From assembly GCA_963813135.1 (NCBI GenBank), contig CAWEXY010000020.1, positions 1-29,299 of the forward strand: a stretch of 29,299 nucleotides of DNA. Direction: 5' to 3'. The translations under genes and the position numbers were made by a program. The notes beneath the pieces are model-generated. The model saw only the letters and a program-made list of their open reading frames with translations, ran no database searches and had not been told where the DNA came from. Source of the DNA: an uncultured Verrucomicrobiae bacterium (GTDB lineage: Bacteria; Chlamydiota; Chlamydiia; Chlamydiales; Rhabdochlamydiaceae). Below, one piece after another: positions 8,777-16,955 of this stretch (its first letter is position 1; each line of letters opens with the position of its first letter).

Positions 8777-10444
8777 TTATTGCAGATTGTAGTTAATCTT
8801 AAATTTTAATCCATCTTTTTCGAGAAGCACCATTGTCGTCTCGATATTCATGATCGTCATTCCATCGAGCGTATCGCCCAAAGTGAGGATCTTTCCATTG
8901 ATCACCACATAGTGGCTTTCCCCATCCCTTTTCGAAAACCCCATCACCTTATATTTGCTGGAAAGGTCGACAAGCGAGCTGTCTTCGGTGGTATAGATGA
9001 CGAAGTTTTTCACGGAGCGGATGCCGGGAAGAGCTTTAAAGCTTTTCACCAGACCGTCAAATTTAGGGGAGTCCGACCCATCCACGCGGCCGGCAAGTAC
9101 GAGTTCTCCATTCGTAAGCTGATATGTCACATTATTATAGCCCTTTTCTAGAAGCTCGCTTTCGACCTGCGTCATCAAATTGCTTTCCACCACCACTTGG
9201 TTATCGAGCCTGTCCAGGTAGGGGAAATTAATATTGAGATAATCGGAAAGAGCTTGCGCCTGCTCTACAGTCTGCAAGTAGCCGCGGATGACAAATTTGC
9301 CCGGGGAGGAAGAGGAGATCGAAACGCCCAGCCAGTCCGAGTTCGTCATCAGGAGGGCATTCATGTTTTGCCATACGTACTCGTCGATAACGACATTGTC
9401 CTCGATGTTCGTCAAGAACGAGAGCCCATGGATCTGGTACATCAGCTCTTGCTTTTCCACCGATGTCAGCACATGGCCGATGAGGAAGAGCTTCCCAGAG
9501 CCTTCATTGTAGGAAAACTGGACATCCGGATATTTTTTGACGATGTCCTCGATGCGGGAGTTCTCTTTTTTCTCCGCGGAAACGATGGGCTGCACTTCAA
9601 AAAGCGATGTCATCGCTACGAACGAAGCGATAATGACGAGCCCCATTACTAAGGCCACAACGAGATGCCGCTTTGAAATCTTCATCTCTTTCCAGTCGCG
9701 GGGGACGGGGGCCGCTTCTTTTTTCGCAGTGACTGCGGGGGCGGAAACGATGGTCACGTGCTCTTTTTCTCTGTCGATGATCAGAAAAGTCGTCGTTCCG
9801 AGCGAGACGGCATCTTGAGAATGGAGCTCTCTTCTTTCGGTGATGATCTCCCCATTGACCACGCTGCCATTGCGGCTGCCGAGGTCTTCGATGAATATGC
9901 GATCGTTTTCATCCACGATGATGCGCGCATGCTGCCTAGAGACGCTGACATCTTGGAAAAGAATATCGCAGCTGGTCGGATCTTTGCCGATCGTGTACGT
10001 TACCCCTTTCTGCATGGTGAACTCGGCGCCCGTATTGGGCCCAGTTGTGACCTTCAGCATCCATCTTCCTGACGGCATCGATGAAATAGCCAGCGAGGGC
10101 GCTTCTAGGGACTCGGTCGATAGGCGGGGGGCGTCTTCTCTAGGCTCTTCTTCCGTAAAGCGGAAGAACGTATTGCCGATTTGAATAATATCCCCTTCAT
10201 GGAGAAGGACAGGTTCGGCAATGATCTTGCCATTTTGGGTAGCAGGGTTGACAGAGCTTAAGTTTTCGAGGAGATACCCTTCGGCCGCCTTTTTGCAAAT
10301 CGCATGCCTTCGAGAGACCATCGGGTCCTCTAGGACAATATCGACTTCATCGGGGTCTCTGCCCATGACCCATTCTTCGCCTTCCTCGAACCGGACGACG
10401 AGACCTGAGACCGGGCCTTCTTCGGCAATGAGATATCCAGCCAT
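8777..10444 (-). CDS. sctD: T3SS inner-membrane ring protein SctD/CdsD (two FHA domains, TM, periplasmic ring domains)
   Basis: FHA motifs GRDP...VSRRHA and GKDP...VSRQHA...SRNG; single TM LVVALVMGLVIIASFVAM; C-terminal YVVINGKILT.GD.LDGM...FKINYN. Confidence 0.92.
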   Translation of the reverse strand: MAGYLIAEEGPVSGLVVRFEEGEEWVMGRDPDEVDIVLEDPMVSRRHAICKKAAEGYLLENLSSVNPATQNGKIIAEPVLLHEGDIIQIGNTFFRFTEEEPREDAPRLSTESLEAPSLAISSMPSGRWMLKVTTGPNTGAEFTMQKGVTYTIGKDPTSCDILFQDVSVSRQHARIIVDENDRIFIEDLGSRNGSVVNGEIITERRELHSQDAVSLGTTTFLIIDREKEHVTIVSAPAVTAKKEAAPVPRDWKEMKISKRHLVVALVMGLVIIASFVAMTSLFEVQPIVSAEKKENSRIEDIVKKYPDVQFSYNEGSGKLFLIGHVLTSVEKQELMYQIHGLSFLTNIEDNVVIDEYVWQNMNALLMTNSDWLGVSISSSSPGKFVIRGYLQTVEQAQALSDYLNINFPYLDRLDNQVVVESNLMTQVESELLEKGYNNVTYQLTNGELVLAGRVDGSDSPKFDGLVKSFKALPGIRSVKNFVIYTTEDSSLVDLSSKYKVMGFSKRDGESHYVVINGKILTLGDTLDGMTIMNIETTMVLLEKDGLKFKINYNLQ

Positions 10445-10446
10445 GA

Positions 10447-10836
10447 CTATACAGCGTGCTTAAATTTTGAGACCTCTTTCTTCCAATAGTCGACGAAGTT
10501 CGCAAAATCTTCGAGCGATTCATGGAAGGTCTTATAATTCATCTCATACGGGATCGCTAGAGACAGTGTCAAGAGGCTTTCGTCTTCCGACATGCCGATC
10601 GTGCTGCCGCCCGTGCCTTGACCGAGGAAGTTGGCCCGCATGAGCAGCATGCAGAGATCTTCCTTTCGGTGAGGGGGGACGGGACTGATTTCGGCGAAGA
10701 AATAGATCCCGGGGTCTAGATCCTTCATTACGATTTTTTGATCGCCAATCACAATGTGGTATCTTTTCTGTTCATCCACAGGTGGTGTGGGGAGTTTGAG
10801 TTCTTCTGAGAGCTGTTTAAGATATCGGTCCAACAT
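10447..10836 (-). CDS. scc4: CesT-family T3SS chaperone Scc4 (CT663-like)
   Basis: LMRANFLGQGTGGSTIG...F.ESLEDF.N.VDYW class I chaperone pattern; first gene upstream of cdsD; ATG at 10836 preferred over the upstream TTG. Confidence 0.85.
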   Translation of the reverse strand: MLDRYLKQLSEELKLPTPPVDEQKRYHIVIGDQKIVMKDLDPGIYFFAEISPVPPHRKEDLCMLLMRANFLGQGTGGSTIGMSEDESLLTLSLAIPYEMNYKTFHESLEDFANFVDYWKKEVSKFKHAV

Positions 10837-10843
10837 GCCCTTA

Positions 10844-10872
10844 AACTTAGTGCTGAATCGATAAAAAAGCAA
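10844..10872 (-). promoter_or_regulatory. Putative sigma66 promoter of the scc4-cdsD operon
   Basis: TTGCTT-17 bp-TAAGTT on the minus strand with an A-rich tract upstream. Confidence 0.45.
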
Positions 10873-10926
10873 GCCAAGTTTTTTGTCATATTTATTTTTC
10901 TTTTCCCTTGTTTTAAGACTATGTAA

Positions 10927-11382
10927 ATGTTAAATGCTCATATTATGACCACTCTCGAAGTAGAGCTTGAGAAATGCACCCAATTTCTGCAAAATCTCGA
11001 TCCCAAATCTTTTTCTTTGGAAGAAGCGCTTGGGTCCATCGAACGCCTTATCGACAGCCTCGAAAGGTACATCCAAGATCATAAAATGCAGACCCCGCGC
11101 GAGCTTACCGAGAAAATCTCTCTCGTCGGTCAAAAACTCTCGCTGCTGGGCGAGCCTTTTGTCAGCGCGGCCGGCATGCAAGAAGAAGAGCTTCTCGCCC
11201 TGTTCGATAGTCCCAAGGCCTTTCCTAAAGATAAATGGGAGTTGGCGCATGAGACCGAGCGCCATCTCTTACGCGTCGCTAAGAGCATAGCGGCGCACAT
11301 CGCCGAGCCTGCGCCCGAACCTCATAAAGACACCAAGAAGCATCTCCATCACCCTCCGCGCTCCAAGTGGATGAAGTCATAA
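10927..11382 (+). CDS. Hypothetical helical protein
   Basis: 151-aa ORF with codon style like its neighbours, divergent from scc4; basic/His-rich C-terminus; no family recognised. Confidence 0.7.
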   Translation: MLNAHIMTTLEVELEKCTQFLQNLDPKSFSLEEALGSIERLIDSLERYIQDHKMQTPRELTEKISLVGQKLSLLGEPFVSAAGMQEEELLALFDSPKAFPKDKWELAHETERHLLRVAKSIAAHIAEPAPEPHKDTKKHLHHPPRSKWMKS

Positions 11383-11383
11383 A

Positions 11384-11413
11384 TTGACGTTTTTACGTCT
11401 TTCGTCCTAAAAT
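11384..11413 (+). promoter_or_regulatory. Putative promoter with overlapping palindromic operator
   Basis: TTGACG-18 bp-TAAAAT; palindrome GACGT-N4-ACGTC (11386-11399) overlaps the -35. Confidence 0.45.
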
Positions 11414-11441
11414 CTTTTTCATGAAATATCATATGGAAGAG

Positions 11442-11743
11442 ATGCCACGAAGCAGAGATTACCATGAAGAACTCATCAGAGCGCTTAAAGATCATGATGA
11501 AGCCGTTGCTTATTTAAATGCAGCTCTCGAAGATATTATGGGTGGTGTCGCGAATCTCAAGAGCTTTTTCTAAAAGCATTGCGAAATGTAGCTGAAGCTC
11601 TAGGTGGATTAGGAAAGCTCGCAAAAAAAATTCATATTCGAAGAGAAAATCTCTATCGGATTTTATCGGAACAAGGAAATCCCGAATTACAAACTTTTAC
11701 AACAATACTTTCTGCTATGGGATTTAGTTTACAGGTGGCTTAA
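11442..11743 (+). CDS. HI1420-type addiction-module antidote / Xre-HTH protein (one frameshift near 11545; absent from ORF track)
   Basis: Manual translation: [31 protein letters not shown]... then, in a second frame, ...[60 protein letters not shown]. In-frame ATGs also at 11421 and 11433. Confidence 0.85.
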
Positions 11744-12954
11744 GCCGAGCGCTTGATGATCGGGGGGACGTTGTCGATGACGCTCTCCTTGCCAACCACG
11801 ACTTTCTTGATCGTCGGATCGGAAGGGACTTCGAACATGAGGTTCATGAGCATGCCCTCGACGATCATGCGCAGTGCGCGGGCACCCGTGCCAGATGATT
11901 TAGCACGCTCAGCCATGGCGCGAAGAGCTTCGTCGGTGAACTCGAGATCAACGCCTTCTTCCGCAAAGAGCTGCTTGTATTGCTTGATGATCGCGTTCTT
12001 GGGCTTCACGAGGATGTCGACCATGTCGTCGATGGTCAGCTCGTTGCAGTTGGCGATGCTATTGAACCGGCCGACAAACTCGGGGATCATGCCGAAAGAA
12101 ATCAGATCTTCGGGTTCTACTTTGGAGAGAAGATAGTTCGTTTCATGCGGATCGAAGACGCGTTTTTCTCCCGCATCAAATCCAATAGTGCTTCGGCCGA
12201 GGCGTTTGGCGACCATCTTATCGAGATGGACGAACGCTCCACCTACGATGAAGAGGATATTCTCGGTGTTCACCTTAATATACTCTTGGTTGGGGTGTTT
12301 ACGTCCGCCTTTGGGGGGAACGTTGGCGATCGTGCCTTCGACAATTTTAAGGAGGGCTTGCTGGACGCCTTCGCCGGAGACATCGCGGGTGATGGAGACA
12401 TTGCCTGTCGTCTTGCGGATCTTGTCGATCTCGTCGACATAGATGATCCCCATTTCAGCGCGGGCCACATCATAATCGGCGGCTTGCACCAGGCGGAGAA
12501 TGATGTTCTCGACATCCTCTCCGACGTATCCAGCTTCGGTTAGCGTTGTCGCGTCGGCGATGGCAAAGGGAACATCGAGGAGCTGCGCCAAAGTGCGCGC
12601 GATGAGCGTTTTACCCGATCCTGTCGGTCCGAGCAAAAGAACGTTGGACTTGCTGTACTCGACGGGCCTGTCTTTTTGCAGAGATCGAACACGCTTGTAG
12701 TGATTATAGACAGCGACCGAGATTGTCTTCTTGGCCCGCTCTTGTCCAATCACATACTCATCGAGCCGTTCCTTGATCTCAGTGGGTTTGAGCAGCTTGA
12801 GTTCATGGTGGACGGGTTTTTTTTCGATGATGTCCATGCACAGGCGTGTGCAGCGATCGCAGATAAAAGCTTGAGGGCCTGAGATCAGCTTTTCAACAGC
12901 TTCTTCAGGTCTTCCGCAAAAGGAGCATACCGCCTGTTCGTTTTCTTTTGCCAT
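11740..12954 (-). CDS. clpX: ATP-dependent Clp protease ATP-binding subunit ClpX
   Basis: C4 zinc finger CSFCG...[47 protein letters not shown]; alternative GTG start at 12957. Confidence 0.98.
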   Translation of the reverse strand: MAKENEQAVCSFCGRPEEAVEKLISGPQAFICDRCTRLCMDIIEKKPVHHELKLLKPTEIKERLDEYVIGQERAKKTISVAVYNHYKRVRSLQKDRPVEYSKSNVLLLGPTGSGKTLIARTLAQLLDVPFAIADATTLTEAGYVGEDVENIILRLVQAADYDVARAEMGIIYVDEIDKIRKTTGNVSITRDVSGEGVQQALLKIVEGTIANVPPKGGRKHPNQEYIKVNTENILFIVGGAFVHLDKMVAKRLGRSTIGFDAGEKRVFDPHETNYLLSKVEPEDLISFGMIPEFVGRFNSIANCNELTIDDMVDILVKPKNAIIKQYKQLFAEEGVDLEFTDEALRAMAERAKSSGTGARALRMIVEGMLMNLMFEVPSDPTIKKVVVGKESVIDNVPPIIKRSA

Positions 12955-13571
12955 CACACTCCAGCCAAGGCAGGGGTTGGGGGGACTTTTTGCGGGGCAG
13001 CTGCGATTTTATCGATGAGGCCGTATTCAAGGGCTTCTTGAGGACTCATAAAATTATCTCGATCGGAGTCTTCGATGATTTTTTCGAGCGGCTGTCCTGT
13101 CTCTTCGCTCATGATCTGGGCGCAGATTTGTTTCATCGCGAGGATCTCATCGGCTTGCAGCTCGATATCGATCGATGTTCCGCCGACAGCGCCGGAGGGT
13201 TGATGGATCATGATGCGGCTGTTTGGAAGGGCGAAACGTTTTCCTTTGCTCCCAGCAGCAAGAAGAAGGGCTCCCATGGAAGCGGCTTGGCCTAGGCAGT
13301 AGGTATTGATGTCGTATCCCATGAACTTGAGCGTATCGTAGATGGCAAGGCCGGCTGTGATATAGCCGCCGGGCGAGTTGATGTAGACGCTGATGTCCTT
13401 TTTGGGATCTTCTGCGCGTAGGAATAAAAGCTGTGCGATGACGGTATTGGCGACGGCATCGTTAATTTCCGTGCCAATAAAAACGATACGATCTTTCAGC
13501 AGGCGCGAATAAATATCCATGGCGCGTTCGCCACGGCCGGTATCTTCAACAACATAGGGTACTTGGTACAT
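12954..13571 (-). CDS. clpP: Clp protease proteolytic subunit (ClpP2-type, adjacent to clpX)
   Basis: [26 protein letters not shown] (catalytic Ser), IMIHQP (His). Confidence 0.98.
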   Translation of the reverse strand: MYQVPYVVEDTGRGERAMDIYSRLLKDRIVFIGTEINDAVANTVIAQLLFLRAEDPKKDISVYINSPGGYITAGLAIYDTLKFMGYDINTYCLGQAASMGALLLAAGSKGKRFALPNSRIMIHQPSGAVGGTSIDIELQADEILAMKQICAQIMSEETGQPLEKIIEDSDRDNFMSPQEALEYGLIDKIAAAPQKVPPTPALAGV

Positions 13572-13617
13572 GTAATAACTCCTCTATATAAGTTGAAGAG
13601 TGCCAAATGCGTTTATA

Positions 13618-14958
13618 TTAAGCAATACTCGCGTTGGAGATAATGTAGTCTTCAGCTTTTTCAAGAAGCATGCGGGAGTAAGCTTCAGCTTGGTGGACTT
13701 CACTATTTCCTTGCGGGTCCATCTCTCGACGATTTCCAAGGAGCATATCGAGAGGAGTTTCGGATACTTTGGGAAGATCCTTCGGTGTGATTTTGATTTG
13801 CGCATCCGCGGTGATTTTGCGGCAGACGTAAAACATCCGTACGGCTTTTTCTGATTGCTCGGAAACGGATCCTACGGTCCTTTTGCGCGCTTCGTTTGTC
13901 ATGTTGTTCCAATTTTGCTGGAACTCAGGATCTTTAAGGAGTTCGGTCATGCGGAATCTTGTCTCGCGATCGACCAGGCTCCAGGGAAGATCAAAGGGAT
14001 ATTTCGTTAAAAGGATGTCGCTCACTTGCTCGCGCATTTTTTCTTTGACATGGCCATCGGCTTTTTCATTGAGGATGCGCTCGACATTTTTTTTCACTTC
14101 TTCGACAGAATTTGCTCCGACGAGGCGGGCAAAATGTTCATCGAAAGGAGGGAGCGTCGCTTCGTTCACGGAGTGGATCGTGACGCGTACTTTTTTGGGT
14201 TTGAGTATTTCTTTATCTTCTTCAGAAGCATCGGCATCGGGCGTGCTGACGCCTTCTAAGACATCGCCTTTATTTTTGCCGAGGATAAGATCGATCATCC
14301 ATTTGGCCATCGATTTGTCGCTCACTTCAAAACGAACTCCCGAAAAGAGGGAAGTGGGAGGATCATTTTCAATCACATCGACATCGAGGATGACGATATC
14401 ATTATATTGGATAGGGCGGTCGGTCACTTCTTTCCATGTGGCAAAGAAAAAACGAAGCTGGCGGATGGTCTCTTCGATCTTTTCTTCGTTGACGGCAGGC
14501 CGCTCGACGGCTTTCAATTGGATTTCTTTTGGGTCGATCACAGGAATGGAAGGTTCGGTCTCAAAAAATAGAATGACCTTGGCGCCCTCGAGCGAAATGT
14601 TTTTCATGTTATAGGAGATTTTCGGGTCATTATTAAGGACGGGGATCTGTGTGGTCTTAAGACTTTCCCGGAAGGCCAGATCGGCTAAGCTTTTTTGCCA
14701 TTCTTGATCGATCTGTTTGGAGTAATTTTTTTCAACGAGGCTGTCTGGAGCTTTCCCTTTGCGGAAGCCTGGCAGGGAAACCTCTTTAGCGACCATTTTG
14801 GTAGCTTTAATGCGGGCTTCCTTCGCCATGTTGGCGGAAGTTTCTACTTCCAGCTCAATGCGGCATGAGGGTTTGCGATGGACAACGACTTTAACGTCAG
14901 CGCCTTGAAATTCTTGAGGAGGCGTTTCTATCGTTGCTGGGGTCTCTTTTTCTTCCAT
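13618..14958 (-). CDS. tig: Trigger factor
   Basis: Ribosome-binding signature PGFRKGKAP; 446 aa; tig-clpP-clpX order. Confidence 0.95.
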   Translation of the reverse strand: MEEKETPATIETPPQEFQGADVKVVVHRKPSCRIELEVETSANMAKEARIKATKMVAKEVSLPGFRKGKAPDSLVEKNYSKQIDQEWQKSLADLAFRESLKTTQIPVLNNDPKISYNMKNISLEGAKVILFFETEPSIPVIDPKEIQLKAVERPAVNEEKIEETIRQLRFFFATWKEVTDRPIQYNDIVILDVDVIENDPPTSLFSGVRFEVSDKSMAKWMIDLILGKNKGDVLEGVSTPDADASEEDKEILKPKKVRVTIHSVNEATLPPFDEHFARLVGANSVEEVKKNVERILNEKADGHVKEKMREQVSDILLTKYPFDLPWSLVDRETRFRMTELLKDPEFQQNWNNMTNEARKRTVGSVSEQSEKAVRMFYVCRKITADAQIKITPKDLPKVSETPLDMLLGNRREMDPQGNSEVHQAEAYSRMLLEKAEDYIISNASIA

Positions 14959-14975
14959 ACTATCCTAAAATTTAA

Positions 14976-15007
14976 TAGCGGGCGATGAGGCTCGAACTCA
15001 CGACCCT
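14976..15007 (-). repeat. Exact 32-bp duplicate of the tRNA-Gly 3' end (att-like)
   Basis: TAGCGGGCGATGAGGCTCGAACTCACGACCCT is identical to 15207-15238. Confidence 0.9.
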
Positions 15008-15012
15008 TAATC

Positions 15013-15173
15013 GGTAAACCTCTCTCCCTTTTCGCAGTCCTGACTTGCGGAAGGGCCTGATCTGCGGCGCCCTGCTCCTCATCCATAGCGCAGAGGCTAT
15101 GGCTTCGTTGCATGTCTTGCATCTCATGCCCTTGCGCGGCGTCATGCCTTGCGAAAATGTCGCTCGGTCTACC
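15013..15173. mobile_element. ~160-bp nested palindromic element (RPE/MITE-like)
   Basis: Nested inverted segments GGTAAACC/GGTCTACC, TTTTCGCA/TGCGAAAA, TGAC/GTCA, AAGGGC/GCCCTT and central CCATAGC/GCTATGG. Mobility is inferred; only one copy in this window. Confidence 0.6.
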
Positions 15174-15207
15174 TTGTTGGCAACGTAATGATGCCAATCT
15201 AAGTTTT

Positions 15208-15279
15208 AGCGGGCGATGAGGCTCGAACTCACGACCCTCACGTTGGCAACGTGATGCTCTACCACTGAGCTACGCCCGC
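15208..15279 (-). tRNA. tRNA-Gly (GCC)
   Basis: GCGGGCGTAGCTCAGTGGTAGAGCATCACGTTGCCAACGTGAGGGTCGTGAGTTCGAGCCTCATCGCCCGCT folds as a cloverleaf; anticodon loop TTGCCAA; CCA not encoded. Confidence 0.97.
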
Positions 15280-15290
15280 AAAGTCCTATA

Positions 15291-15319
15291 AATATAGGGG
15301 ATAGGGGGTTTTTGTGCAA
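15291..15319 (-). promoter_or_regulatory. Putative sigma66 promoter for tRNA-Gly(-tig-clpP-clpX)
   Basis: TTGCAC-17 bp-TATATT ending 11 nt before the tRNA 5' end. Confidence 0.65.
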
Positions 15320-15327
15320 TCGCGAGA

Positions 15328-16782
15328 TCAAGCCTGAAAATTTTTCAGCTCTTGGCGGTATCGTTTTATAGTTTCGATAGGAATGCAAGATATGAGCGCA
15401 CCCCCTGCCTCCTGCCCACTTTTTGTTGAGGCAATTTGAATCATGGAATCGACGTATTGCTGAGAAAGAGTGGAAAAGTTGAGATAGGACAAAGTATGCA
15501 TGATAAGTTTTACTTCAAGAGAGATTTTTAAAGTTTTTTTAAGAATTTCCATACAATTGAGTAGTTCTTGAAAGGAAATTGTTTGGGTTATGGCCACAAT
15601 AATGAGCGGCTGCGGAGTAGTAAAAAGATAAATTATTTTTTGATGAATGTTCTGTTCGTCAATAGACAAGTCCAAGTCGGAATCTGCCGCTGCGTGTTTA
15701 TGGCTGATTTTTCTAAATAGGCCATCTAAAGGCCCATGTTGGATTTTCATTTCTTTATATGTCTGAATGAGGCCGCGAACGCTGACTTCCTGATGCGCCT
15801 CGTGTTTGACAAAATGTTGTATATAATTCCAACGCAGTTCAGTATTTTTTGGACACTTTTCAAGGGTAATGAAAAAGTAACGGATTTTTATCCCTCCTTC
15901 GTTGTAAATTTTTACGCACAACAATTTCGGGCAACCGTCGTTGAATATCGCGGTCATATTGCATGCCTTGTCGCCATTGGTTGTCTCTACACGGTAAGAG
16001 CATTGTTTACGAAGCTGCTCCTGCGGTAGGGGCGGGGTATCTTCTTTTACAGGGGGAAGAGGATCGTATTCGCCAAGGTATTCGCCGACAATTGTTTCGG
16101 CAGGCAGATCCTCTAAAGTTTTCACTTCCCATCCGATATCGGTATGGGTCATATATAAAGGAGGGGGCGGAGATTGCTTAAATTTTCTATAGGCCTCAAT
16201 CCATTTTTGCGGAACGTATTCAATATCGGCAGTGTTTTCTTTCCAGTCTTTAAATAATTCATCTCGGGAAATCACGACCTCGTTCACGAGCTTTTTGCCT
16301 GTAAGTTCAAAGAATTTTTGGTTGTCTCCTTCCACAATTTGACCCTTATCTTCATAGAAGAAAGAGACTTTTTTTTCGGGGGGATAAGCCAGCTCTTGAA
16401 GTTGGGCGGGGAGTGCGCCTCGGACGTTGGGGGTAGAGAGGGCTCCATGCTCGACAAATAGTTTTCCTAAAGCTGAGTCATTAATGAAGGCAGCAAAATG
16501 GAGCACGGTCCAGCCGCTGCCATCTTGGGCGTTGATATTGATTTGCTTGAGGTCGAGTAAAATTTTTGCATGTTTCCCTCTTCCGAGCATGGCGCAAGCA
16601 TGGAGGAGCGTTAATTTTTTGGGAGCGAGAAGAGGGAGCGTGCGCGACAAATCAGCGCTGACCCACTTACGGAACACTTCGGGATTGATGCCTTTGAGAA
16701 CCTGATGAAAAGCCGCGTAGGAATCTTTTCCGTACGAAGTTTCGGGAAGAAGAGATTTCAAATATTTAATGGCGATTTCCAA
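15328..16782 (-). CDS. Ankyrin-repeat + SET-domain protein (candidate secreted effector)
   Basis: Ank motifs TLLHACA..G and NINAQDGSGWTVLHFAA; SET-like motifs IGWEV...IVGEYLGE, NMTAIFNDGCP and ELRWNY; AT-rich; TTG start uncertain. Confidence 0.8.
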   Translation of the reverse strand: MEIAIKYLKSLLPETSYGKDSYAAFHQVLKGINPEVFRKWVSADLSRTLPLLAPKKLTLLHACAMLGRGKHAKILLDLKQININAQDGSGWTVLHFAAFINDSALGKLFVEHGALSTPNVRGALPAQLQELAYPPEKKVSFFYEDKGQIVEGDNQKFFELTGKKLVNEVVISRDELFKDWKENTADIEYVPQKWIEAYRKFKQSPPPPLYMTHTDIGWEVKTLEDLPAETIVGEYLGEYDPLPPVKEDTPPLPQEQLRKQCSYRVETTNGDKACNMTAIFNDGCPKLLCVKIYNEGGIKIRYFFITLEKCPKNTELRWNYIQHFVKHEAHQEVSVRGLIQTYKEMKIQHGPLDGLFRKISHKHAAADSDLDLSIDEQNIHQKIIYLFTTPQPLIIVAITQTISFQELLNCMEILKKTLKISLEVKLIMHTLSYLNFSTLSQQYVDSMIQIASTKSGQEAGGALISCIPIETIKRYRQELKNFQA

Positions 16783-16955
16783 GAGAACACCGATGAATTT
16801 TTGATAGGATTGTAGAAGATTGGAGAGTTTTTTTCAGGCTCCTTTTTTTTGATCTAAAAATTTAGTTGCGAGAGATGCCCAAAAAAGGTAAAAGGTAAAA
16901 ACACGCGCCGTTTCCGGATGGGAAATGGCAGGCAAATATTAATAGGAATTAGACC

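Noticed and set aside
4151..14614. Long plus-strand ORFs such as 4583..5428, 7542..8045, 11980..12543 and 13883..14614
   Set aside because: Antisense shadows of well-supported minus-strand genes.
15008..15175. Group I intron or tmRNA explaining the interrupted tRNA copy
   Set aside because: The copy lacks the 5' acceptor strand and D arm, the insert is short and folds as one long hairpin, and no intron core or tag-peptide frame was recognised.
14928..15388. ORFs 14928..15197 and 15206..15388 as protein genes
   Set aside because: They overlap the tRNA, its duplicate and the palindrome; no RBS or protein motifs.
16866..16894. Promoter TTGCGA-17-TAAAAG upstream of the SNF2 gene
   Set aside because: The -10 lacks the conserved final T; too weak to report.
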